This document shows positions 1 to 8,799 of a stretch of 64,000 bases of DNA, piece by piece (positions within the stretch are counted from its first letter, which is position 1; every line of letters begins with the position of its first letter). The stretch is from Candidatus Dojkabacteria bacterium. Lineage in GTDB: Bacteria > Patescibacteriota > Dojkabacteria > SC72. The stretch covers positions 315,685 through 379,684 of the forward strand of contig JACPFP010000003.1 of the NCBI GenBank assembly GCA_016182915.1. Reading direction: 5' to 3'. The translations under genes were made by a program, and so were the position numbers. Below the pieces are notes generated by a model, which was given only the letters and a program-made list of their open reading frames with translations, had not been told where the DNA came from and made no database searches.

Positions 1-471
1 GCCTGTGTAATCTACATCAAGTTCCACCACCCATTCACCATTTGAAGTTCCAAAATCTGTAGCAGTCGGTCCACTTAAAATAGAAACTGCTGGGACTGGC
101 CCTCCACTAATAGCACTTACCCCGACTAACGAAAAGTAGTTATCAAAAAAAAGACATGTTCCATCATCTCCTGTAAACCGAACCTCAACCTGACCATTTG
201 AAGGACCATGCGTAGCTTCAAGAACAAATTGGAAGTTAATAAAATCCTCTTCCGCATATTGAGTAATATTACCTGATGTATAAGTCCCATCAGATTTCTG
301 ACCACTATGTTCTTTTGCGGTTATCTTTGTTGGGCTTGCAAATACCTCACTAATACTTCCCTGTATTGCATACATAGAAGGAATGAGTGTGTAACTTTGC
401 ATTATAAGCAATACGAATATTGAGTAAATACTCTGTCTGTACTTACCGAGAAGCTTGAAGATATTCTTCAT
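1..471 (-). CDS. Partial CDS (N-terminal part; continues beyond window start): secreted/exported hypothetical protein with N-terminal signal-like hydrophobic segment
   Basis: Manual translation of minus strand from ATG at 469-471 (MKNIFKLLGKYRQSIYSIFVLLIMQSYTLIPSMYAIQGS...) stays open to position 1; not in ORF track because it is truncated by the window edge. Confidence 0.4.
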   Translation of the reverse strand, partial: MKNIFKLLGKYRQSIYSIFVLLIMQSYTLIPSMYAIQGSISEVFASPTKITAKEHSGQKSDGTYTSGNITQYAEEDFINFQFVLEATHGPSNGQVEVRFTGDDGTCLFFDNYFSLVGVSAISGGPVPAVSILSGPTATDFGTSNGEWVVELDVDYTG

Positions 472-688
472 ATTTATTGAGGTCTGTAATCAAATTATAA
501 TTACACGAGATTATATAGCTACAACCATAACTTTGCAATATGTTATAGGACTGAAATTTCATCTAAGTTTAAGGTATACATTCCTAAACCTTATATTATA
601 GGCAATAGCTTTTAACCACATAGGCATATAACATCACTATAAGATACGTCCGAATGGATAAATAAAACCCCTTAAGAGACAATACTAC

Positions 689-1759
689 TTACTTTATCAA
701 CACTTCGTGTAACTGTTTTATGAATTGCACGATTACTGCCGAAGCATAAAGACTGTAACTTGGAATACCATCATCGTCATTTACAATCCATTCTACGTCC
801 TTTGTAATAACACTTTGGTTTTTTTCATCCCAACTAAAGCTCTTATTCCTTGTTAACTCATACGAATCTACATTATCAAGAGCTCCTTCAACTGGAATAG
901 AGTTTCTCAGGTATATTTTAGGAATACCATATAGTTTCATTGTCTCTCTTATTAGCTTATCGTCAGCTTCTAGTCTATCCCTTATAAGTTCTAGACCTTT
1001 TTCATCCCCCTCCTTGGATAACATCTTTACAGGCTCACATTCAGGATTATCACAGAGAAGATAGAACTCTTTCTTCTTTTTATCGTATTCAACCTTTGAT
1101 GTTGGAAGGAGTTTTAAATTTCTAGAGGTATTACACTTTGGACATACCACTCTATATTTTATTCTCTCATCTATTACCTGTTCAGGAAGATCTATAAACA
1201 CAAAAACGTCAGGATCATTTCTGTAATCAACAAGTTCTCTAAAATATAGGGAGTATGAGACCTGATCCATACTTCTAGGAAAGCCATCAATGAAAAGGAC
1301 CTTACCCTTATTTTTATCTATCTCCCTTTTAACGAGACCAAGTATGAATTCAGTTGGGAGGAGCTTAGATGTACTTCTTCCTAAGAAGGCATCAAAGGCA
1401 TCGTCCAGAGATATAAATCCACGGTAGTTCTTCTCCATATACTCTCTAAGTTCACTCATCTTGCTTTCATCCCCTTTTATCTCATCAGCCGCTCTCACAA
1501 TATCACCCACTGAAAGATGAACAGCACTCTCCCTTCCAAATATCTCCATGAATAGTTTTGAGTATGTCCCTTTACCCGCTAGTTTCTTTCCCATCATATA
1601 GGCAATAAAGGTTTGTTTCTTCATAAAGGCCTTAATATCATCTATCTCTCTTCCAACCTTCTCCCTAAAATACTTCTTCCTATCCTCAACATTGTTTAAA
1701 TCATATGTAGTCTTGGAATCATTCTTTGTTTTAATAATTGGGAAAGATATTCCTTTCAT
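689..1759 (-). CDS. Adenylate kinase-family paralog (NMP kinase) with N- and C-terminal extensions and Zn-ribbon LID
   Basis: P-loop-like GKKLAGKGTYS, HLSVGDIVRAA (AK ISTGDLLRAA motif), KVLFIDGFPRS (AK LLDGFPRT motif), LID with CPKC...CDNPEC cysteines; second AK-like gene besides canonical adk at 58357-59019. Confidence 0.6.
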   Translation of the reverse strand: MKGISFPIIKTKNDSKTTYDLNNVEDRKKYFREKVGREIDDIKAFMKKQTFIAYMMGKKLAGKGTYSKLFMEIFGRESAVHLSVGDIVRAADEIKGDESKMSELREYMEKNYRGFISLDDAFDAFLGRSTSKLLPTEFILGLVKREIDKNKGKVLFIDGFPRSMDQVSYSLYFRELVDYRNDPDVFVFIDLPEQVIDERIKYRVVCPKCNTSRNLKLLPTSKVEYDKKKKEFYLLCDNPECEPVKMLSKEGDEKGLELIRDRLEADDKLIRETMKLYGIPKIYLRNSIPVEGALDNVDSYELTRNKSFSWDEKNQSVITKDVEWIVNDDDGIPSYSLYASAVIVQFIKQLHEVLIK

Positions 1760-1853
1760 AGGATTTGTACTAATTTTATGTTAAGCCAGTTTACCAAAGC
1801 ATATCGTAATAGACAAATGATAGAATGTGAAAAATACTTAATGTACATCCAGG

Positions 1854-2276
1854 ATGCACATCTATGAATTCGCAGACATGATTGGGGGAAAGATAAGGAA
1901 GTATGATCCTCATGAACTTGCAGAAATTAGGGAGAGACTATCAAATCCACAATATGTTAACAAAGAATATACTCAGATCTGTGAAAACTCTAAACTAATT
2001 GCAGATGCAAAAGGTGATGAAATAGTAGCCATACTTTCCTGTAATTCAGATTCAACACTCATCGTCCGCTATGACCTGATTGCTTTTCTCGGAAACTTTG
2101 AGGAAATTAAGGAAATACTAAATTGTACAGCGGGAATTATATTTCTTTCGGCAAGGCTTCCCACAGAAATAACCACCGGATTAGATTTTACATATATTTG
2201 TCTTGAAGGAGACTTTGAAGTGATTGTTGAAAGTTCAGAAGACGAAATAAACATATCTTATGGATCAGTCAAGTAA
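1854..2276 (+). CDS. Hypothetical protein
   Basis: 140 aa ORF, no recognisable motif; first gene of a + strand three-gene cluster. Confidence 0.35.
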   Translation: MHIYEFADMIGGKIRKYDPHELAEIRERLSNPQYVNKEYTQICENSKLIADAKGDEIVAILSCNSDSTLIVRYDLIAFLGNFEEIKEILNCTAGIIFLSARLPTEITTGLDFTYICLEGDFEVIVESSEDEINISYGSVK

Positions 2277-2323
2277 TCCCATAGTGTTTATTAATCCCCT
2301 GATATTAGGTATAATTAAAGTCT

Positions 2324-3298
2324 ATGAGCAGCGCTTTCATAAATACAATAGGAATAGGAACTATATTACTCGCAACAACTGCTTGCGGTGAGTCCACACC
2401 TCCGTATGAGCCCTCTATTATAAAAGAATTTGAAGGGGTAACTTTTCTAAGCTTAGTAAAGGACCATAATCTAAGTGACACTGAAATCCAAGCGATTATG
2501 GATGCACGAAGCTACTTTTTGGATACATTACAATGTGAAGGACCAATCGGGGGTAAGGTTGCCATAGTTGTATTTGATGAAGCAACTTTTCCGGAAGGAC
2601 TTGAAGATTATATGGCATCACCATCTAATAGGTATGAGGGTATAACTATGGAATCAGATATTATCGGATACTATGCATCCCCGCTTTTCAATAAACTAGT
2701 TGAACTACGAGTTATAGATCCTTATGCAATTAGTTCAGTAATATTGGTTAAAAATAATACATCTCATCCGCAAGATGAAGTTGGAATCCATGAAATAGTA
2801 CATTCAGTTTGCCAAGGTGCTGTCAGACTTGAATATCAAAATAATCTTCGACAGGTTCAACTTCCTGGAGAAAAAGTTGAAGTCTCAACTTCAAAGAGTC
2901 ACGTCTTTACAGTTAAATATGAAAATGGTGCACTAATGACTCTAAAGGCACATCTCGAATTACACGCCAGAATGTTGGATATGTCGGCAAGAGAGCATCA
3001 GGTCTATCAGATGGCAGCTGGGACAATAAGTATACCATCACAGGATATTTTAAATCTTTCTCCTGATTATCCATACGAAAGAGGAATTCAAACATTAGTA
3101 TCGAACCTAGCAGGCTATGGTGTAACCACAGACTCCCTCTTCAACGACCTATTTATCCCCTTTTCTGTTAACGGCTCTGAAGAACTTTATAATTATGCCC
3201 AAAAGTTAGATCCAGGTAATCCCGATCTGGCTTTTAGTATAATTATAAATTCAATCCTACAGATACAGAATGATATAGTTGAATATGTTAATCAGTAA
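2324..3298 (+). CDS. Putative lipoprotein (hypothetical)
   Basis: N-terminal signal peptide with lipobox-like LLATTAC followed by G/E/S; 324 aa. Confidence 0.5.
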   Translation: MSSAFINTIGIGTILLATTACGESTPPYEPSIIKEFEGVTFLSLVKDHNLSDTEIQAIMDARSYFLDTLQCEGPIGGKVAIVVFDEATFPEGLEDYMASPSNRYEGITMESDIIGYYASPLFNKLVELRVIDPYAISSVILVKNNTSHPQDEVGIHEIVHSVCQGAVRLEYQNNLRQVQLPGEKVEVSTSKSHVFTVKYENGALMTLKAHLELHARMLDMSAREHQVYQMAAGTISIPSQDILNLSPDYPYERGIQTLVSNLAGYGVTTDSLFNDLFIPFSVNGSEELYNYAQKLDPGNPDLAFSIIINSILQIQNDIVEYVNQ

Positions 3299-3744
3299 TG
3301 GGAATATTAGTTGAGGATATAGGACAGCTTCTAGAAACAAGTATAACCAGAAGAGATTCTTCTTACGTTTCAGAAAGATTTGAAGCACTTGCTAACAAAT
3401 GTGTCCCTCTCATGATAGAAAACGGAGAATCTCTGGAACTCTCAGATGGTGGAGTATACAGTATCCATGTTGATAAAGGAGAAAGAGAAATAATGGGAAT
3501 CTTTTTGAGAGATGATGGCACACAATTCATCTATAAGGCAGATGTGATACTTTTTGAAGAGGATCTCCAAAGGTTAGTTGCAAAGGAAAGGATACATAGT
3601 GCACTCATATTACAAACCTATATAGCGGATAGAAGTATGATTGAGGATCTTATACCAAGGACTGCATTTAGAGGGGAGCCAGACTCCTTTGAGGTTCTAA
3701 TAGATTTCAGAAATCCGTGTGACACTTCAATTATCTACGGATAG
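3298..3744 (+). CDS. Hypothetical protein, translationally coupled to upstream lipoprotein gene
   Basis: Start codon overlaps upstream stop (TAATG); 148 aa, no recognisable motif. Confidence 0.45.
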   Translation: MGILVEDIGQLLETSITRRDSSYVSERFEALANKCVPLMIENGESLELSDGGVYSIHVDKGEREIMGIFLRDDGTQFIYKADVILFEEDLQRLVAKERIHSALILQTYIADRSMIEDLIPRTAFRGEPDSFEVLIDFRNPCDTSIIYG

Positions 3745-3746
3745 AT

Positions 3747-4163
3747 TTAGAAAATCTTCGTGAAGAGAAACTCTACAAAAGGTTCATAGAGAATAATAAT
3801 ACCAACAGCAACAGCAAGAAGGGCTCCAAGGAGTACAACTCCAGACATAATATCTTTGATAATACCAACTTCCGGATTTCTATCTGGATATAACACATCT
3901 AGAACTCTTTCAATACTTGTATTAATCATCTCAAGAATGATTACAAAGAAACATGCGGTTACAATAACAAGCATCTCTAGCTTGGTAACCTGAAGAATAA
4001 TTGCGACGGTAACGATTACTACTGAGACTGCTAACTGAATCCTTGAATTTCTTTCCTTTAAAAGCCCATGTAATAGTCCTCTTGATGCGATTGCAAAGCT
4101 ATTTGCTAATGTCTGTTTAGGTTTCATAAGGGTATTATATAACGTTTGATATCTCATCTCCAC
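3747..4163 (-). CDS. dgkA: Diacylglycerol kinase / undecaprenol kinase family (DgkA) membrane protein
   Basis: Three TM helices and conserved EMINTSIERVLD-type motif typical of the prokaryotic DAGK family; true start may be the internal Met (MKPKQ..., about 4127). Confidence 0.65.
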   Translation of the reverse strand: MEMRYQTLYNTLMKPKQTLANSFAIASRGLLHGLLKERNSRIQLAVSVVIVTVAIILQVTKLEMLVIVTACFFVIILEMINTSIERVLDVLYPDRNPEVGIIKDIMSGVVLLGALLAVAVGIIILYEPFVEFLFTKIF

Positions 4164-4278
4164 ATATTATCCCAGCGTATACCGTAAGTATATCCAATCT
4201 ACCCATATAGATATACATTTTTAATTAATATTTAAAATATCTGATACAATGAAAACGTAAACTTATAGATCCAGAAAT

Positions 4279-5142
4279 ATGAAAGACAAATATAGTGCAG
4301 TATGGGTATCACACTCATCGATTACCGATTTCTTAAAATGCCCTCGTGCATACTATCTTAAGAATGTATATAAGGAGAAGGAGAGTGGAAATAAGATTCA
4401 AATTGTTAACCCTTCCCTCTCACTGGGACAGGTAGTACATGAGGTTATAGAATCACTCTCAGTTATACCCACAGACAGGAGGTTTGAGACTCCTTTAGTT
4501 GATCTATACCATGAAGCCTGGAGGAAGGTATCAGGAAAAAGAGGTGGATTTATGAACAGCTCAATTGAGAATGACTTTAAAGAGAGGGGAATTAGAATGT
4601 TAGATAGAATCAGGAAGAATCCCGGACCTCTTAAAAACCTTGCGGTAAAGATAGAGATGGAACTTCCACAGTTCTGGATATCGGAAGATGAAAATATAAT
4701 CCTCTGCGGTAAGATTGACTGGCTGGAGTACTTTAAAGATACGGACTCCGTACATATTATAGATTTTAAGACGAGTTTGGAGAATAAGGAAGACCCAGAT
4801 TCCCTCCAACTACCTATCTACCATCTTCTTGTTAAAAATACTCAAAAGAGAGAAGTCACAAAAGCAAGTTACTGGTATCTTGAACAGGATGATGCCCCTA
4901 TTGAAAAGGAGCTTCCTGATTACGAAGAATCCCTTACAAAAGTATTAACAATTGCACGAAAGATGAAACTTGCAAGACAGCTAGAGAGTTTTAATTGTCC
5001 AAACGGAAAAGAGGGATGTAGAGAATGTAAACCAATGGAGAGAATTATCAACGGAGAAGGAGAGTTGGTTGCCCAAGAAAATAAACGAGATATATATGTA
5101 CTAAACTATAAGGATGAGAAACCAGAGGGTATGATACTGTAG
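4279..5142 (+). CDS. PD-(D/E)XK nuclease superfamily protein, Cas4/RecB-like with C-terminal Cys cluster
   Basis: GKIDWLEY ... HIIDFKTS (D ... D-x-K) nuclease motifs; one N-terminal Cys (CPRAYYL) plus C-terminal C-x6-C-x2-C (CPNGKEGCREC) as in Cas4/AddB Fe-S nucleases. Confidence 0.6.
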   Translation: MKDKYSAVWVSHSSITDFLKCPRAYYLKNVYKEKESGNKIQIVNPSLSLGQVVHEVIESLSVIPTDRRFETPLVDLYHEAWRKVSGKRGGFMNSSIENDFKERGIRMLDRIRKNPGPLKNLAVKIEMELPQFWISEDENIILCGKIDWLEYFKDTDSVHIIDFKTSLENKEDPDSLQLPIYHLLVKNTQKREVTKASYWYLEQDDAPIEKELPDYEESLTKVLTIARKMKLARQLESFNCPNGKEGCRECKPMERIINGEGELVAQENKRDIYVLNYKDEKPEGMIL

Positions 5143-5182
5143 TACCACCTTCCTCTGGTTATATTTTCAAATCTTGATTCAC

Positions 5183-5938
5183 TTAATCGTTTTCAACTTC
5201 AACCTCGTCCTCCGTCTCTACTTCATCTTCACCATCCTTTTCATCATCACTGGCAGAATCATCTTCGTTCTCGGTCTCATTCTCTTCTACATCTTCACCC
5301 TCATCATTTCCATCCTTCCTATCCTCCCCTTCCTGTTCTCTTTCCTCCCTTTCTTGTCTCCTTTCTTCTTCTCTCTCAAGTTTCTTTTCTAAGGCCTCTC
5401 TTCTCAACTCTTCAACTTTCTCTTTCTGTTCTTCTAACTTCTTCTCTAGTGTATTATCAAGATCAGTTAACTTATCCATTCTCTCGCCCTTTTTCTCTAA
5501 AATATCGTAATACCTTTTCTCTATCTTCTCCCATCTTTCTTGAGAGATCTCACCATTTTCATATTTAGCAAGAAGCTCTAAATACCACTCTTCAAGTCTC
5601 TGCTGCTGTTTTGCAATCTGCTCAATCGCAATGTTTAATCCTTTAATACTTCCATATGACTCTTCAGTTATATCTTCCCCCTCTTCTGTATTCTCTGCCT
5701 TTATCTCTTCAAGCTCTGCCACTCTCTCCTCCATATTCTCAAACTCAACCTCTACTTTTCCTTCATCTGTGAACGTAAGAGCAAGTCTTGCCTGTTCAGC
5801 AAGGATGTCCGCAGGGTATAGGAGATCACCCGGTTTGGCATCATCTGAGGCATAAACTGTTACAGTTCCAAGAAGTGTAACTCCAACAAGTGACATTAAT
5901 GCAATTGCAATTGGTTTTGATACTGACGTTTTTCCCAT
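5183..5938 (-). CDS. Secreted/membrane-anchored coiled-coil protein with highly acidic (D/E-rich) C-terminal tail
   Basis: N-terminal signal/anchor MGKTSVSKPIAIALMSLVGVTLLGTVTVYAS, long charged heptad-like region, C-terminal low-complexity EDVEENETENEDD... Confidence 0.5.
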   Translation of the reverse strand: MGKTSVSKPIAIALMSLVGVTLLGTVTVYASDDAKPGDLLYPADILAEQARLALTFTDEGKVEVEFENMEERVAELEEIKAENTEEGEDITEESYGSIKGLNIAIEQIAKQQQRLEEWYLELLAKYENGEISQERWEKIEKRYYDILEKKGERMDKLTDLDNTLEKKLEEQKEKVEELRREALEKKLEREEERRQEREEREQEGEDRKDGNDEGEDVEENETENEDDSASDDEKDGEDEVETEDEVEVEND

Positions 5939-6075
5939 TATATTCTCTACAAAATAATTTTATATAGATAATATAAGTATAGACATAGATTAAAGTATAT
6001 GACAAGAGCAGAGATGTGTTGCGAGATTAGGATTTATAATACCCCCCTCTTTATACCGTTATCCCTCTTGCACTC

Positions 6076-6086
6076 TGTGATAGAAT
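6076..6086 (+). promoter_or_regulatory. Extended -10 promoter element TGTGATAGAAT upstream of trxB (recurrent motif)
   Basis: TGn + TAGAAT about 34 nt upstream of trxB ATG; near-identical copies at 12413-12423 (TGTGATAGTAT), 25465-25475 minus strand (TGTGATATAAT, lysS leader) and 4242-4250 (TGATACAAT). Confidence 0.45.
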
Positions 6087-6119
6087 GAATATGAGATTAA
6101 TTCTAAAACCACATAAAAC

Positions 6120-7112
6120 ATGGACAACATAGAAAAGATTATAGTTATAGGTGGAGGACCTGCAGGACTTGCAGCTGCTCTATATGCTTCTCGTGCAATG
6201 CTAAACCCATTAGTTGTAGAAGGCTTCCCAGCGGGAGGACAACTAACTCTTACCTCTGATGTTGAAAACTACCCTGGCTTTCCAGATGGTATTCTTGGAC
6301 CTGACTTAATTAAAAAATTCAGAGATCAAACCCTTAGATTTAATACAAGGTTTGTATCTGAGAATGTAAAAACGGTTGTTAAAAAAGAAAATGTATTCTA
6401 CATAACTACCGACAGTGGAAAAGAGTTCAAAGCCCGAAGCGTAATTGTTACAACAGGCGCAGATGCAAAATGGCTAGGACTTGAATCCGAACAAAAACTA
6501 AGAGGAAAAGGCGTTAGTGCGTGTGCAACATGCGATGGATTTTTCTTTAAGGATAAAGAGGTGGCTGTTGTTGGTGGAGGAGATTCTGCCATGGAGGAGG
6601 CAACCTTCCTCACCAAGTTCGCAAGCAAAGTGACTATAATTCATAGGAGGAATGAGTTTAGAGCTTCTAAAATTATGCAGCAGAGAGCCCTTGATAATCC
6701 AAAGATAGAGATAATGTACAACAGTGAGGTTAAAGAGGTAATTGGTGAGAATGCGGTAGAAGGATTAAAGATTGAAATTACAAATGCAGATGGGAATAAA
6801 GAGGAGAAGGTACTCAATGTTCAAGGTCTCTTCCTTGCAATTGGTCATATTCCAACCACATATTTCTTAAAAGAGAGTGGTGCCCTTCTTGATGAGAAAG
6901 GATATCTGTATACATCAGATATAGTAGCGTTAGAACAGAAAACAGATCTACAACCTCAATTCAATTTTGAGTTTAGATACGCTACAAATATACCTGGTCT
7001 TTTTGCCGCCGGTGATTGTACAGATTATCAGTATAAACAGGCGGGAACGGCAGTTGGCATGGGAATTGCCGCGGAGTTGGAAGTAGAGAGATATTTAAGC
7101 GAGAAAGAATAG
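6120..7112 (+). CDS. trxB: Thioredoxin-disulfide reductase
   Basis: FAD motif GGGPAGLAAALYASRA, redox-active CATCDG, second nucleotide-binding GGGDSAMEEA motif. Confidence 0.85.
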   Translation: MDNIEKIIVIGGGPAGLAAALYASRAMLNPLVVEGFPAGGQLTLTSDVENYPGFPDGILGPDLIKKFRDQTLRFNTRFVSENVKTVVKKENVFYITTDSGKEFKARSVIVTTGADAKWLGLESEQKLRGKGVSACATCDGFFFKDKEVAVVGGGDSAMEEATFLTKFASKVTIIHRRNEFRASKIMQQRALDNPKIEIMYNSEVKEVIGENAVEGLKIEITNADGNKEEKVLNVQGLFLAIGHIPTTYFLKESGALLDEKGYLYTSDIVALEQKTDLQPQFNFEFRYATNIPGLFAAGDCTDYQYKQAGTAVGMGIAAELEVERYLSEKE

Positions 7113-7115
7113 TAG

Positions 7116-8714
7116 ATGGCACTGACCCCAATCGAGAAAAATACACCTCAAGAAGATACCTTTCCTGAATATTCCCTTACCCCAATAGATAGTTCTGTCG
7201 CTAGGAGAAACACCAAACAGGAGATCAAAACCGGTAACACCGAAAACTACTTCTATAAGAATATATTTGCACTAAGAAAGATACTCGATGGACTTAGAGG
7301 GACCGGGAAACCTGTTGAAGAATGTACAGACGAAATCATTGAGGAAGATAGGAGGAAACAGTCTGAGACCGACGTTGAGGTCATAAAAAACAATGTTGAA
7401 AATCCTCTTGGAGAAGTAAAAGGAGCCTTGGATATACCGTTTATAAGTGATCAACATATGGTGAATAAGCCAGGGGAAGTAGTTAGAACATATGCACTAG
7501 AGAAAAAAGGAAGTATAGGGTACAAAATCATCCACTGGATTGAAACTGGCATATATAAGGTAAAGGAATACTTCAATAAAAGTGAGCTGAGAAATAGAGG
7601 ATTCCAATCTTTTATAGAAATCCTCCCAACCATACTTGAAACACCAGAGGAAGAACTTGGGGAACAGTTTGAGAAACTCCAAGAGAGCGTTGGAGACGCT
7701 GAGGTATTTAAGTGGGCATGGAATAGAGCTGTAATATTCAGGAAGAAATGGAGTAATCCAGAGTTGCAGGAACAGCTACTAAAGGAGCTGTCAAAGGAAG
7801 ATGAGGATAAGGCAAAAGAGAAAGTCTCTATGAAGGAATGGGGAGTGAGTAAAATATGGCAGATAAGAAATAGTGCATTGAAAATATTTCTGCCGAAACT
7901 CTTTGAGAGTTCACTTAAAGATAGAAAAGATACTACCCTTCTCTTCATGAGCGGTGGGGATGAAGCACATGATGGAGGACTTCTAAGTGATCATACACAG
8001 GTTCGAGACATATACTACAGTATGCTTAAAGGTATAGATTACGCCAAGAAATTCCTTGGCTATATTGGAGGAAACCATGATCAGGATGCGAGAGAGCCTA
8101 AAAATCTGAAAGAGTTAAATAAGTACTACGGTAGTAGAATCTTCTATCAAGAGGTTTTTCCTAAAGATGAGGATGGAAAGAAAAATCTGGTGGTGGGGTT
8201 AAATACCTTCATTATGGCAGAGGAGTGGGGAGAGGTATTAGAATTATATCTTGAGAAGGGAGATATTCAGATAGGCGAAGATACAAAGACATACCTTAGG
8301 GAGATGAAAATCCAAATGGAAAAAGATCAGAAAGCTGTTTATGAGAAGATGGCTAGTTTCGAAGGGAATAGTATTATCATTCACGCACATAACTCAAGAA
8401 GATTTATGAGCTACCTAGAAAGAAATCCTGATATCAAGTTTAAGGATAATGTACAGATAAAGATAATCAGCGGACATACACATGAGGACAGTAACTTCAG
8501 AGCCCTACTTGATCTACCAAATAGTGATGGGAAGAGATTAGTCGAGGTATATAAAAGTTCGGGGTTTATAAAGATCAATGGCGAAGGGATGAGACTTCCC
8601 AAGGGGTTAATCACGGAAATAGATGATAAGGGAAATGTTAGGATAAAATCCGTGGAATTCAGTCAGATTCAGAAGGATGAGTACAGTAAATCACTGGGGG
8701 TGAAAGTTCTCTAG
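7116..8714 (+). CDS. Calcineurin-like metallophosphoesterase with about 250 aa N-terminal domain of unknown function
   Basis: Metallophosphatase motifs GGDEAHDGG, GGNHD, IISGHTHE in C-terminal half; N-terminal half has no recognisable motif. Confidence 0.55.
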   Translation: MALTPIEKNTPQEDTFPEYSLTPIDSSVARRNTKQEIKTGNTENYFYKNIFALRKILDGLRGTGKPVEECTDEIIEEDRRKQSETDVEVIKNNVENPLGEVKGALDIPFISDQHMVNKPGEVVRTYALEKKGSIGYKIIHWIETGIYKVKEYFNKSELRNRGFQSFIEILPTILETPEEELGEQFEKLQESVGDAEVFKWAWNRAVIFRKKWSNPELQEQLLKELSKEDEDKAKEKVSMKEWGVSKIWQIRNSALKIFLPKLFESSLKDRKDTTLLFMSGGDEAHDGGLLSDHTQVRDIYYSMLKGIDYAKKFLGYIGGNHDQDAREPKNLKELNKYYGSRIFYQEVFPKDEDGKKNLVVGLNTFIMAEEWGEVLELYLEKGDIQIGEDTKTYLREMKIQMEKDQKAVYEKMASFEGNSIIIHAHNSRRFMSYLERNPDIKFKDNVQIKIISGHTHEDSNFRALLDLPNSDGKRLVEVYKSSGFIKINGEGMRLPKGLITEIDDKGNVRIKSVEFSQIQKDEYSKSLGVKVL

Positions 8715-8799
8715 CTCACGAGGAAGTATATAATCATACTCAACAGAATAATTCCGTAAGTAATCAACGTATATTTAATAATGGCATCTAGTTGTTTTC

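Noticed and set aside
5174-5392. 72-aa + strand ORF of F/L/I-rich low-complexity sequence, and possible repeat array in 5190-5400
   Set aside because: It is the antisense reading of the D/E-rich repetitive tail of the 5183-5938 gene. The repeats are imperfect codon-level acidic repeats, not CRISPR-like direct repeats with unique spacers.
6071-6076. TTGAC/TTGCAC immediately upstream of the TGTGATAG motif as a possible -35 box
   Set aside because: It is only 5-7 nt upstream of the -10 hexamer, so the spacing is incompatible with a -35 element; it was interpreted as part of an extended -10/UP-proximal conserved core instead.
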